Assembly (NCBI GenBank): GCA_965216255.1
Contig: OZ244148.1
Span: 3,079,015-3,143,014, forward strand
DNA length: 64,000 nucleotides
Direction: 5' to 3'
Origin: Rhodothermales bacterium
GTDB taxonomy: Bacteria > Bacteroidota > Rhodothermia > Rhodothermales > Bin80
The stretch's first letter is position 1. Each line of letters opens with the position of its first letter. Positions 47,869 to 58,111 of this stretch are shown here, piece after piece. Position numbers and translations under genes: made by a program. The notes under the pieces were generated by a model. The model saw only the letters and a program-made list of their open reading frames with translations, searched no databases and was not told the DNA's origin.

Positions 47869-48879
47869 GTGCGGTGCGGACCATGCCTGCTGGGTGTATC
47901 TTTCACGCGAAGTCATAAATGCCCTGTTCGTGTGCCGGAGGAAGGATACGTCCTGCATTCGTACGGCAAGGAAGCATTCCTGCGCCATGCCGTAGCGTCA
48001 GTTGTTACACTGCGTCGGCATGACACAACGCGCCCCGTTGCACTATTCTGTTCGGAAGAACATTGCGGTGTGTTGCAGCGGCACGGCCTGAGCGGACTCT
48101 TCAGCCTCGTAGAAATCCTGCCCCCGGCACATAGGTCGATTGTCGGCTTCAAGCATCACCTACACCGGTTCATGCCGTTTGAGCGCTGCCTTTTCGTCGA
48201 TGCGGACATGGTGTGGTGCCGCGATCCTGATCCTCTCTGGATGCAGCTATCCATTTACCCGTTTACGGCGACAGGCCTTGACCGCGCCGACTTCTATTTT
48301 GGAGGACCGAAGGGTATCGGAGTAATCGGGGACATGCTCACCAACCGGCGCCGACGCACGCTGCGGGCCTTCGGCCTTACGTACCTGCCGCGCGTGCAGG
48401 CGGGCATGATTTATGCGTGTGAGGCTCAGCTCACGCGCATGGTTTGTGAATCCGCGGCCGGATTTCTTACCCGGCGTGCAGAAACGCATTTTCGGACGCG
48501 CTTCAGTGAAGGACGAGCGGAAGAGTCCTGTGAATGGAGTCTGGCCATGGCAATGAGCCAGATGAGCTTGCCTACATATCCGTGGTATCAGGGACTTAAC
48601 AGCCCTCAGCTTGACTACATTCCCGGGATGACACGGCATACCGGCAACTTTGAGGAGGTCTCCTGCCTCTATTACTGCGACCGATTCATTTTCGATATCC
48701 GGGGGCTACCCTCCGAGCTTCTTCGCAAATTCTGCCTGAAAGCCTTTACCGTGCTGCTACGCCGGCATGACCATTTTTATGCTACGCCTTTCGCCCTGCA
48801 CTTTAGTTGGCTGCATGCCAAGCGCCCTTTTCAGGCCCTTTCGGAACGAATCTGGTCTGACCTCACGGCCACGGCGTAG
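47869..48879 (+). CDS. Hypothetical protein, GT8-like nucleotide-diphospho-sugar transferase fold suspected
   Basis: YVLHSYGKEAFLRHAVASVVTLR and a DxD-like FVDADMVW are present. The start is uncertain (a GTG is possible at 47932). Confidence 0.35.
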   Translation: MRCGPCLLGVSFTRSHKCPVRVPEEGYVLHSYGKEAFLRHAVASVVTLRRHDTTRPVALFCSEEHCGVLQRHGLSGLFSLVEILPPAHRSIVGFKHHLHRFMPFERCLFVDADMVWCRDPDPLWMQLSIYPFTATGLDRADFYFGGPKGIGVIGDMLTNRRRRTLRAFGLTYLPRVQAGMIYACEAQLTRMVCESAAGFLTRRAETHFRTRFSEGRAEESCEWSLAMAMSQMSLPTYPWYQGLNSPQLDYIPGMTRHTGNFEEVSCLYYCDRFIFDIRGLPSELLRKFCLKAFTVLLRRHDHFYATPFALHFSWLHAKRPFQALSERIWSDLTATA

Positions 48880-48883
48880 GGTA

Positions 48884-50485
48884 TCAGTTTCTTGTGGCGA
48901 GATGCCAAAAGAATTCAAGTCCCTGTATACCATCTTTCCACAGGATCAGGGTCAATAGGCCGACCAGCAACGGTACGGTTACAGGATTGAGCGTGGCCAT
49001 GGCGATCAACATGCCCCTTCGAACTGAGGCTATTGCGCCAAAGTCCAGCAGTGTGCGTACGATGGCAGTGCACGTGACCAGGGCCCAGGTGCCCGTTAGC
49101 AAAATCAGGAGGGTACCGCTCAAGCGTGGCGGCAGCGAAGGAACTACTAAAGCGATAAATGCAAGCAATGCCAGCGGCCAGCGTGTCCAGGCTACGATGG
49201 TCAAGCTTCCGGAAGCAGGGACTCGGCTAAACGCTGAAAAAGCTGCAGCCCAGAGAACTAGTCCGAAGGCATGTTGCAGGCCAAGCAAAAGGACAAGGAG
49301 CCAGGGTCTGCCCATGATGTCCATTACGGTCTGCTGAACACCGTGCGGAAGGGATGCGATAACGTAGGTGACGGCAGCGTGGTGCCTCACGGACTCCAAG
49401 AGCATGCTGCCGAATACCCCGGCGCACAGTGCCAAAGCAGCCAGTACAATCACGCTAATGCTGAGGCGGACATCCCGGCCGCTGCGGACCGAGTCGCGAT
49501 AGAACCCGTGCCGACCAAAATACCGGCGCAGCAGGTCCCGATAGCGACCTGACAAGGCAAAGCAGGCCGCGAGCATTCCCAGTGCGACCCAGCCCAACAA
49601 CAAGTTCCACGGCATAGGAGCAGGCGGAGGCCTGCCGGGAACAAATGCAAAGACACGCTGGCTCCCTGTAAAAATGCCACGGACTACGTCCAGGGAAGGA
49701 CGGACCGTGCCATCTGCGGCAAAGAGCCCGAACCCTTTGGCGGCTTGAGGCCTGCTGTCACGGTAACGGTACACGAAAATGGCGTCTGGGGACTCGGACG
49801 CATCCTGCAATAAACTGAGCTGTGTTTCCAGATATCGCGCCTGGGATTCGCTGGATCGTGGATCGAGTAACCCGACTGACGCTTCGGCTACCCCGGTGCC
49901 GAGGTCGGCAATCCCGGCGGGCGTCCGGCGGCGCCATCGCCGCAAAAGATCCAGGGGAGCGCTGCCTGCCGACACATCGATCAGGACCATGTCTACTTCG
50001 CTCGAACAGAGATCGTCCTGGACGAACGCCGTAACGTAATACGTCCTGCCGCGCGGCAGTCGCCGCACGCGCTCCGTAAGCCGGGCAAAGTATTCGCAGC
50101 CACGGGGTGAGCTTGAGTCACTGAGGCGAGCGAGGCCAAAGTTGCGGGCAGAAGGATGATCGGCGCTCCGCTCAATGGCCGTTTCCAGCAACTCCAGCGC
50201 ATAATTCAGGGTGTCACGCAGCGCTGTGGCTGAAAGCCATTCAATGGGCAGGTCCTGAAATAGGACGAGCCCGAGTGAGTCCGCTTGGGTCAGAATCCGG
50301 CCATCAAGTATGATTTCCGTTCGTACGGCCTCCACCCCCATTCGTCGCATTACCGCAAGGTCCGCTTCTGCCCGGCCGATGTCCGCGGGAACGCTCCACA
50401 CCACACCCTTGAGTGGCGTCTCTTGTGCGGTAGCCGACACCAGCAGGAGGAGCGTCCCCGCGAGTAGAAGGGCGCGGTGTGACAT
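48884..50485 (-). CDS. Fusion of a secreted glycoside-hydrolase-like domain with a C-terminal polytopic membrane domain
   Basis: A signal peptide precedes a roughly 280-aa soluble region with a beta/alpha alternation pattern. About 7 hydrophobic segments follow. I recognise no catalytic motif. Confidence 0.35.
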   Translation of the reverse strand: MSHRALLLAGTLLLLVSATAQETPLKGVVWSVPADIGRAEADLAVMRRMGVEAVRTEIILDGRILTQADSLGLVLFQDLPIEWLSATALRDTLNYALELLETAIERSADHPSARNFGLARLSDSSSPRGCEYFARLTERVRRLPRGRTYYVTAFVQDDLCSSEVDMVLIDVSAGSAPLDLLRRWRRRTPAGIADLGTGVAEASVGLLDPRSSESQARYLETQLSLLQDASESPDAIFVYRYRDSRPQAAKGFGLFAADGTVRPSLDVVRGIFTGSQRVFAFVPGRPPPAPMPWNLLLGWVALGMLAACFALSGRYRDLLRRYFGRHGFYRDSVRSGRDVRLSISVIVLAALALCAGVFGSMLLESVRHHAAVTYVIASLPHGVQQTVMDIMGRPWLLVLLLGLQHAFGLVLWAAAFSAFSRVPASGSLTIVAWTRWPLALLAFIALVVPSLPPRLSGTLLILLTGTWALVTCTAIVRTLLDFGAIASVRRGMLIAMATLNPVTVPLLVGLLTLILWKDGIQGLEFFWHLATRN

Positions 50486-50494
50486 GCGTATAGG

Positions 50495-53011
50495 CTAGAA
50501 TTCTGCTGGCGTTCGCTGCCCTACCAAGAAGACCGCATTGGCCAGTAGCAGCCGTCCATTGTACCAGAATCCGCGGTATATCGGGTCATCCAGGATATAC
50601 ACGATCTCACCCCGGCCCTTTGTCTCTACGCCGAAGAGCAGAGATTCCTTGAGAGGTTCGATCACTTCGGCGCCGGCGAAGCCGCTCAAATGGGCATCTT
50701 TACGCAATATGCCCACATTCCAATGGTCCTTTAGATAGGCGAAAGCCTGTTCGTCCCGCTTGAGAGTGAAATAGGTCTCGTCGTATCCAAATGCGAGTGG
50801 GTGGGTATGGTCCAGGTGCGCTTGGAATATGGCTCCCGATATCTGACGAGAAATGGCTTCGCGATCTCGGCTGGCATAAGCGCGAATGGCGGCGGTGCTG
50901 TCGCTTGCGCTATCCTTGCGCTTTAGGGAGAAGCCCTCCTTGCCATCGAAGAAACGAGCGGCAGACTCGAGTGCGACAAGCTTGCCGCCTGCTTGGATCC
51001 ATTCCTGCAAGTCTGCGAGTCTATCCTCTGTGAGCACGTCATCATACGATCCGTTGGGTAGTAGCAGTACGTCGTACCGGTACATGTGAAGGGACCTAAA
51101 TTCCTCGCTGCGAATGAGCGTCACCGGAAAGCGGAGTTGCTGGTCAAAATAATGCCACAATTCGCCGAGCGCGTAGGGATTTGCAGCCTCGTCTGCGACG
51201 ATCCCGACGCGGGGCATCCGAATGTGTGGCACATCCGCCGATCCGAAGTCTACGCCATCCGACACAAACGTTGAGCCGACGGCATACAGCGTCTGTTCCA
51301 ATTCCTTAGCGGTCCGGCGGACTACTCGGTCCAGGTCGGCTCCTAGATGGCTATTCCCCCCGCGCGTGATTATGAGCGTTCCCGGATCGAATGTCTTTTG
51401 GGCAATGGCAAACGGGACCTCGGAAAACCGAACCCTGACATCGGCCCGAAGCAGCGCGGCAAGTAGGCGCGCGTCCTTAAAGCCCTTCCACTTGGCCAGG
51501 TAGGCAGCCGGTTGGCCTGGCGGTGGCTCTACTGGGGGAGCCGGTTTCCAGGCGGAAATCGCGGTTGGGAGTAGCTCTTCCACGGCATAGGCCTCCAGGC
51601 CGTACACATAGGGCAAAGCCCAGGCTGTAATGTCATAGCTGAGAGAATCCGTAAGCGCGGTGTTAGGCTCGAAGAGAACCTGGGCAAGTGTGCTCCGGGG
51701 CTGAGATGCACTTACGACCATGTCGCCCGGGGTCAGGTTAAAGCTGACGCTGTTGCCGGTTTGATATGCGTATCCCTCCAGAGCGCGCTGCTGTGTGGGG
51801 CTACCATACGTGATGCCCTGTGCATCCAGATGTTTCGCCAGGGCGGAAAGGTTGTCGCCGGATCCTGGCTTCAGCACATAAGCCCCGTATTGGCCGACCT
51901 TCTTGGGCTCCGCATAATACGACGCAAATTCCCTGACTATCCGCTCTCGGTGCTCGGATGCGACCTCGATCGTAGATAGGCCCGTGGCGTGGTGGTGGTT
52001 TATGCGTTCGCGGAGCGTCAGCGTGTCTGCCTCCGCCGTAATAATTTGGAGGCCCGCCCGACCGGATCCGCCTTGTTCGTAGGTCATGCCTATGGCGCCA
52101 TTGAACATTGGCCACGTATCGCCGTAGCCCGGGTAGAAGAGGTCGAAAATCTGTCGAGTAAAGAAGAGCCATCCTTGCTCGTCGAAATACCGGGCATGGT
52201 TGCGGCCTATAATGAATTGCAGTTCGCGCTGCCAGGCTGTAATCGCTTCGTGATAGGGTTCCGCTGCAGGGGCGAAATAGTAGGGCTCGTTGACGCCCTG
52301 CTCGTGGAAATCAACGTGTATGTGCGGCATCCACCGGTTGAATTGTTCTAGGCGCTGGCGCGTCTCGATCTGTGTGCCCCAGGCCCAGTCCCGGTTGAGG
52401 TCGAAGTAGTAATGATTGGTCCGGCCGCCGGGCCAGGGCTCTATGTGCTCTCTGGCCTCGGGCCGTGCGTTCGGGTAGCGGCCCACCGTCCGGCGATAGA
52501 AATCTACGTAGCGGTCTCGTCCGTCCGGATTGATGCATGGATCCAGAAAAACGACGGATTGATCGAGCCAGGCCTGTGTGCGGCCATTGGTCTTGTCTGC
52601 CAGATCGTAGAGTGTTTGCATGGAGGCCTCGGTACTGACGGCTTCGTTGCCGTGCACATTGTAGCTTAGCCACACGAGTGCGGGGCCGGATGTCTCCGGC
52701 GTTCCTTCCGCTAGCCTCGCACGCTGCAGATTGGCCTGCCGAATGGATTCCAGTGCGTCCATATTGGCGCGGCTGGAGACGGTGGCGTAGAGCAGGGGCC
52801 GCCCTTCGTATGTCCTGCCGTAGTAGACCAGCTCTACATTGTCTGCAGCCTGCGCCACATGTTCGTAGTAGGCAACGACCTGATGGTGCGGCGTAAAAGC
52901 GTCACCAAGCTCGTAGCCGAGGAAGGCACGCGGCGGTAGCGGTTGTCCAAAGACAGTCACTGGAAGCGCGGCTGTGGCGCAAAGAAATTTCAGAAAGCGA
53001 TTGTAGCGCAT
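50495..53011 (-). CDS. M14-family zinc carboxypeptidase, large multidomain form
   Basis: A signal peptide, the zinc site NVHGNE, and a downstream HVDFHE are present. Confidence 0.8.
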   Translation of the reverse strand: MRYNRFLKFLCATAALPVTVFGQPLPPRAFLGYELGDAFTPHHQVVAYYEHVAQAADNVELVYYGRTYEGRPLLYATVSSRANMDALESIRQANLQRARLAEGTPETSGPALVWLSYNVHGNEAVSTEASMQTLYDLADKTNGRTQAWLDQSVVFLDPCINPDGRDRYVDFYRRTVGRYPNARPEAREHIEPWPGGRTNHYYFDLNRDWAWGTQIETRQRLEQFNRWMPHIHVDFHEQGVNEPYYFAPAAEPYHEAITAWQRELQFIIGRNHARYFDEQGWLFFTRQIFDLFYPGYGDTWPMFNGAIGMTYEQGGSGRAGLQIITAEADTLTLRERINHHHATGLSTIEVASEHRERIVREFASYYAEPKKVGQYGAYVLKPGSGDNLSALAKHLDAQGITYGSPTQQRALEGYAYQTGNSVSFNLTPGDMVVSASQPRSTLAQVLFEPNTALTDSLSYDITAWALPYVYGLEAYAVEELLPTAISAWKPAPPVEPPPGQPAAYLAKWKGFKDARLLAALLRADVRVRFSEVPFAIAQKTFDPGTLIITRGGNSHLGADLDRVVRRTAKELEQTLYAVGSTFVSDGVDFGSADVPHIRMPRVGIVADEAANPYALGELWHYFDQQLRFPVTLIRSEEFRSLHMYRYDVLLLPNGSYDDVLTEDRLADLQEWIQAGGKLVALESAARFFDGKEGFSLKRKDSASDSTAAIRAYASRDREAISRQISGAIFQAHLDHTHPLAFGYDETYFTLKRDEQAFAYLKDHWNVGILRKDAHLSGFAGAEVIEPLKESLLFGVETKGRGEIVYILDDPIYRGFWYNGRLLLANAVFLVGQRTPAEF

Positions 53012-53014
53012 GGA

Positions 53015-54742
53015 TTAAGATTCGGATGGTATCCGTATGTCGGAGAGGCGCAGCTGCGTGCGCGTGCGCCCCCTGAACGTGTTTTCCTGCAGGGCGAACA
53101 CGGCTTCGATCGGCATCCCGCCACGCCAGGCCGCATCGAGGGTAGACGCCTTCTTGCCAAGGTTGAAGCCGATGGCCTCGAACCCGGTTGTAGTGCCGCG
53201 CGGCTGAACAATGATTTTGAGATGCTGCCCTGCACTTCCGACGGTGCGCGGCTTCTGCGCCACCTCTAAGTCCTCGGCAAGAAACAGCGGCTCCTCATTG
53301 TGCTGGCCAAACGGAGCAAACTGGCGGAGTACGTTTACGAAGCGTTGGTTTACCGTCAGAAGATCAAGCCGGGCGTCAACGGAAAGGGCGTCCGTCACCA
53401 CTTGCGGCGACAATTTCTCTCGAATGACTGTATTTAGGCGTGAACGAAAGGTATCGATGTTTGCTTCCGGGAGCGTCAGCCCGGCCGCACCTGCATGGCC
53501 GCCGTAGCGCGTTAGCAGGTCGCTGCACGCAGAAATGGCCTGGAGGATGTTGATGCCGGCAATTGACCGGGCTGATCCGGTAATTTCTCCGCGTGCAGTC
53601 GAGAGCAGGATCGTGGGCCGGTTGAACCGGTCCTTGATGCGGCTTGCTGCAATCCCCAGCACGCCCTGGTGCCAGTCAGTGCTGTGGAGGACTATCACAG
53701 GATCAGGAGCCGGCTGCTGCCGGATTTCGACTTTGGACTGGGCGTCTTCGAATACGGCCGCTCCCAGTTCACGGCGCTTCCGGTTCAGATGGTCAAGTTC
53801 TTGAGCAAGGCTCAGCGCTGTTGCCGCGTCTTCTGAAAGAAGCAGTTCCACCGCACGTGAAGCTTCCGCTAAGCGCCCGGCGGCGTTGATACGCGGCCCA
53901 AGGCGGAAGCCGATGTCGGACGTACTCATGGTAGGCAAGTCACAGCCCGAGATCTCCGCCAAGGCCCGGAGGCCGGGCCTGCGGGCCCGGCGCAGCTCGG
54001 TCAGCCCTTCGCGGACCAAGATGCGGTTCTCTCCCACAAGCGGAACGATGTCGCAAGTCGTGGAGATGGCGGCAAGATCCAGGTACGCGTAGCTTTCCTC
54101 GTTCGGTCGGCCAAGCCTTTGCAGCACCGCTTGTACAAGCTTGTATGCTATGCCACCCGCTGTTAGCTGCATGCAAGGATATGCGCATGTGGCCCTCTTT
54201 GGATTCAGCACGGCGACGGCCGGAGGGTCCTCCGGGCCGGGTGTGTGATGGTCGCATATCAGGAGGTCCATTCCGCATTCCCGCGTGTACTTTGCTTCGT
54301 CCAAGGCGGTTGCCCCGCAGTCGACGGCCACGACCAGGGTAGCGCCCAGGCTAGCGGCGTGGCCAATTCCACGTGAATGTAGCCCGTAGCCGTCAGCGAA
54401 GCGACTTGGAATGAAATAGTGGGCCTCAACTCCGTTACCGCGCAGGAATTGTGTAACCAGCGCGGTTGCCGTCACTCCGTCTGCATCATAGTCGCCATAT
54501 ACCAGGACGCGCTCTTGCTTTTCAATGGCCTGAACAAGGCGCCTGGCGGCCACGCCCATTCCGTCCATGAGGAATGGATCGTGGAGGTCACTCCGGGAGT
54601 CTCGAAAATATGCCCGCGCGGTTTCGAACGAATGAATACCACGCAGCACCAGCACCCGCGCCAATGGCTCCGGCAGGTTACGGAGTTGCCGCTGCATGGC
54701 GGCGACCGCCGGATGATCAACCTTGCGGAGAACCCATCTCAT
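53015..54742 (-). CDS. recJ: Single-stranded-DNA-specific exonuclease RecJ
   Basis: DHH-family motifs are present (YGDYDADG, VDCG, CDHH, GGHAGAAG). Confidence 0.9.
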   Translation of the reverse strand: MRWVLRKVDHPAVAAMQRQLRNLPEPLARVLVLRGIHSFETARAYFRDSRSDLHDPFLMDGMGVAARRLVQAIEKQERVLVYGDYDADGVTATALVTQFLRGNGVEAHYFIPSRFADGYGLHSRGIGHAASLGATLVVAVDCGATALDEAKYTRECGMDLLICDHHTPGPEDPPAVAVLNPKRATCAYPCMQLTAGGIAYKLVQAVLQRLGRPNEESYAYLDLAAISTTCDIVPLVGENRILVREGLTELRRARRPGLRALAEISGCDLPTMSTSDIGFRLGPRINAAGRLAEASRAVELLLSEDAATALSLAQELDHLNRKRRELGAAVFEDAQSKVEIRQQPAPDPVIVLHSTDWHQGVLGIAASRIKDRFNRPTILLSTARGEITGSARSIAGINILQAISACSDLLTRYGGHAGAAGLTLPEANIDTFRSRLNTVIREKLSPQVVTDALSVDARLDLLTVNQRFVNVLRQFAPFGQHNEEPLFLAEDLEVAQKPRTVGSAGQHLKIIVQPRGTTTGFEAIGFNLGKKASTLDAAWRGGMPIEAVFALQENTFRGRTRTQLRLSDIRIPSES

Positions 54743-55547
54743 GCATTCCTATGTCTGGCTTGTGTGCTTTCATCGAGAATGAAGAGAGGTACTGCTTTGC
54801 TGGCGTTCTTCCGGGTGTAGCGTTCGGGTTCGGCGCATGCAAGGTACGCGGGGAATGGATGCGTGCTGTACGCAAATTCGTGCAGATACTCCAGCCGGAG
54901 TCCGGCACCTATGAGTGCGGTTACGACTTCGCCGAGCGCATGTGGCCATTCATGCGACCACGTACCGGGCCCCTCGTCCTCTGCCGCATACGATCCGTTC
55001 GTCTCGAACATTATGGGCGCATCCGTTTGGAAGTAAGAATACTGGAAGCCTTCTCCCCGATCTCCAGGGAAAATATTACGGGATGAAACTCCTCGATGTA
55101 GAACGTGCCCCAGGGCTTTAGGTGACCTGCAATGATATCGGTCCATAATGCAAGCTCATGTATCCACGGGAGCACCCCCTAGGAGGTAATGGCGATGTCG
55201 AAGGGGTATTCGGCGCTGCACCGGAGGTTATATACATCGGCGTGTTTGAAGGAGGCCTCAAGGCCCGTTTCCCAGGCAAGCTGCCTCGACAGGTGAATAC
55301 CGGTCCGGCTGAATTCAATGCCGGTAACGTGGGCGCCTTCGCGGGCCCACGATAGCGTGTCCAGCCCGAAATGGCACTGCAGGTGCAAGAGGGCGCGGCC
55401 CCGCACCGGACCCAACTCCTGGAGCTCCAGCCATTTTAGCGAGGACTTTCCCGCCTTGAACCCCGCGACGTTACAGTATTTTGAGGCCACATGAAGCTCT
55501 GCCCACCGGTCCCACAGACGCGCACTATGGGCACGGTAGTGCTTCAT
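54739..55547 (-). pseudogene. Class I SAM-dependent methyltransferase, inactivated
   Basis: The N-terminal ORF 55179-55547 carries LHLQCHFGLDTLSWAREGAHVTGIEFS and ends FDIAITS*, with TAG at 55179-55181 where this family usually has Tyr. The read-through gives GVLPWI...LKPWGTFYIEEFHP. A frame change near 55075-55090 then leads into ORF 54739-55146. Confidence 0.75.
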
Positions 55548-55628
55548 CGAAGGTTGACAGATTTCGCGCCGACTATTGGCGACGTGCTGCCTTAGTTTAC
55601 GAGTCTAGTCCGTGCAACGCGGAGAATT

Positions 55629-56870
55629 ATGCTTGGTCCCGCAGTTCGAAAATCCCGCGGCGAGGCGTTGATGATCATGCTGACGCTCTGGCTAATGGTT
55701 TTTGTAATCAGCAGCCAACTGGTTCTCATTATACCGATTCTTCCGCGGATCAGCGAGGCATTCCTGGTTTCCGAGGCCCTGCTTGGGCTGCTTGGCACTT
55801 CGTACGCCTTCTGCATGATGGTGTTTGCCCTTGTTACGGGTCCGATCTCCGACCGGGTCGGTCGTCGGAGGATCATTTGTGTGGGTTCCGGAGCCATGGC
55901 GGTCGCGCTGCTTCTGCATGGGCTAGCCTCCAGCTTCGCCGCGATACTCGTCGTAAGGGCGCTTGCCGGTGCGGCAGCAGGTGTGCTAACCGGGGCTGCC
56001 GTTTCCTATGTGGGCGATTATTTTCCTTACGAACAGCGCGGCAGGGCCATGGGTTGGATCATGAGCAGCATAGCCGCCGGGCAGATTTTCGGGATTCCGA
56101 TAGGAACGGTCCTCGCTGACATGTTTGATTTTCGCGTGCCCTTCGTGCTCTTCGGTGCCATTATGGTGCTGGTGAGCGTAGAAACGGTTTTCCTCGTTCC
56201 ACAGCCGCCGGACAGCCTAAATCCGCACCCATTGCGGCTCCGGCGCGTCCTCAATACTTACCTGGACCTCTTGCGTGGGCGCGCCACGGGGGGCTGTATT
56301 GTCCTGTACGTGCTGGTATTTTTCAGCTTTGGATTTTTTCTAACCTATCTACCCGTATGGCTGGAGGCGGTACCCGGCCTTACCGGCACGCAGGTGGCCT
56401 ACGTATTTCTTGTCGGGGGTCTATCGAACGTAGTAGCCAGTCCGATCGCCGGCCGGCTCTCGGACCGCTTCGGTCGCAAGCCGTTTATCATCGTCTCCTA
56501 CGTGCTGCTGGTGCCGGCCACGATTATTTTCCCGGTCGTGGTGCGTGATGTGGTGACGGCCTGCACGGTATTCGGAATCTCCATGGTTTTCGTTGCCATG
56601 CGCCTGCCTCCCATGCAGGCGCTAATGACGGCTGTCGTGCCAGCAGAACGGCGCGGCACACTTTTCAGCCTTGCCAATGCTATTGGCCAGCTTGGCTTTG
56701 GTGTGGCCAGCGCGTTTTCCGGGCTGGTCTATACGGAATTTGGGTTTCTAAGCAATGCCGTTGGCAGCGGTATTGCACTCTCGGTGGCGGCTCTGGTAAT
56801 CTGGCGCCTGATTCCGGAACCCGGGCGGGCCAATGCCTTGAGAGACGGAAGCTTTCGTAGACCCGCGTGA
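55629..56870 (+). CDS. MFS transporter
   Basis: It has twelve hydrophobic segments and the DRVGRRR loop-2/3 motif. Confidence 0.85.
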   Translation: MLGPAVRKSRGEALMIMLTLWLMVFVISSQLVLIIPILPRISEAFLVSEALLGLLGTSYAFCMMVFALVTGPISDRVGRRRIICVGSGAMAVALLLHGLASSFAAILVVRALAGAAAGVLTGAAVSYVGDYFPYEQRGRAMGWIMSSIAAGQIFGIPIGTVLADMFDFRVPFVLFGAIMVLVSVETVFLVPQPPDSLNPHPLRLRRVLNTYLDLLRGRATGGCIVLYVLVFFSFGFFLTYLPVWLEAVPGLTGTQVAYVFLVGGLSNVVASPIAGRLSDRFGRKPFIIVSYVLLVPATIIFPVVVRDVVTACTVFGISMVFVAMRLPPMQALMTAVVPAERRGTLFSLANAIGQLGFGVASAFSGLVYTEFGFLSNAVGSGIALSVAALVIWRLIPEPGRANALRDGSFRRPA

Positions 56871-56965
56871 CGCTTCGGCGGTCTGGGAAAAGAAGTGCGA
56901 TCTGGTTGTGCCAGCAATTACCGCCGTCTGCTGCCGGGCAATGCGATTGGGCGTACGCACGTCTG

Positions 56966-57802
56966 CTATATAAACCGCACAGAAAACCCGACCGAGAGCA
57001 CCTCCTTCATTTGGACCGCGCGCCGAATATCGGCATCGTACAGGACCACGTGCTCGAATTTTACCTGAAGCCACTGGTTGACTCTCAAAGTTACTAGAGT
57101 TTCCAGTAGCGCGTCCGGTCGTCCCGGTTGGTTGACTGAGGCGAAGAGGAGCAGCTTTGAGGCAAAATTCACGTTTTTTGCCAGGGTACCGGCAAACTCG
57201 GTATAGGACTCCAGACCCGCCTCCTGACGCATGTACCGGCCAGGATCCACTCCGTAGCGCTCGCGGAGTGCCTGGATGGTAACGACAGTTTGCTTGGCAG
57301 AAAGCCCAACCCGCTGTCTGACGAATTCAGATGCCTGGTAGGAAAGTCCCAGGGACTGCTGGAAAGTAGCGGGAGCCAGGAATGCGGACACCCTTTTGGT
57401 ATCATGCTTGCCATGGTCGAAGCCCTCTGCGAACTGCGAACGGAATCTGGCTGCCAGCGTGGGTTTGAGGACCGCGAAGAGCCCCTTGCGCTCCAGGGAA
57501 AAGGCACTCTGCAGGTCAATAATATCCTCTGCTTTCCTTACTGCGAGCGAGTCCTGCTTCACTAGGCCAAAGCCGAGCCGGATGACATGCTGCTGGATAT
57601 ACTCCCGCTCCTCTTGCCGCGCCGAGCCGACCAAGCCTGTCGTTAGGGCGAACGAACTAAGGCCTCCTTCCTGCCAGTTGTGGAAGCCCGCCTGCACGAG
57701 CGAGAGCGTACCGGTTGCCTCCGTGATCCATGGCCTATCCTGGGCCGGAGCCGAGACAACGCAAAAGATTGCCGCCATGGTGGTAAGAAATGCGTGGCGC
57801 AT
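56966..57802 (-). CDS. DUF3078-like outer-membrane beta-barrel protein
   Basis: A signal peptide is present. The N-terminal W.....G..SL...Q..F.NW..GG pattern is typical of the Bacteroidota DUF3078 family. Confidence 0.6.
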   Translation of the reverse strand: MRHAFLTTMAAIFCVVSAPAQDRPWITEATGTLSLVQAGFHNWQEGGLSSFALTTGLVGSARQEEREYIQQHVIRLGFGLVKQDSLAVRKAEDIIDLQSAFSLERKGLFAVLKPTLAARFRSQFAEGFDHGKHDTKRVSAFLAPATFQQSLGLSYQASEFVRQRVGLSAKQTVVTIQALRERYGVDPGRYMRQEAGLESYTEFAGTLAKNVNFASKLLLFASVNQPGRPDALLETLVTLRVNQWLQVKFEHVVLYDADIRRAVQMKEVLSVGFSVRFI

Positions 57803-58111
57803 GGCTCTAGGTGCGGTAATAATTGGGAGGTTAGCAGCGCATCGTGCGCGCTACGACTGCACAATGGGTGGGCATGTGGCGCCTTGGCGATTCTGCTATA
57901 CCCTGCCATGCGGTATGCATTCCGCCACCTGCCCTTGGCGCACGGACCACTAGCTGGTACGAGCGCCGTAGCCGCCGCCATGTGGAAGTCTCGGCAACGC
58001 GTATAGAAGGGAGCAGGCGTTAGCGGCAGTCCTACGCCAACTCTGCAACGGCAGTCCCTGTATGGATTCAAGCGGCCGTGCGGAGGCCCCAAGATGTGCC
58101 GCGAAACTACC

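Noticed and set aside
58024-58062. The 9-bp direct repeat CGGCAGTCC occurs twice downstream of atpC.
   Set aside because: It is short enough to occur by chance in GC-rich DNA. There is no associated hairpin or conserved motif.
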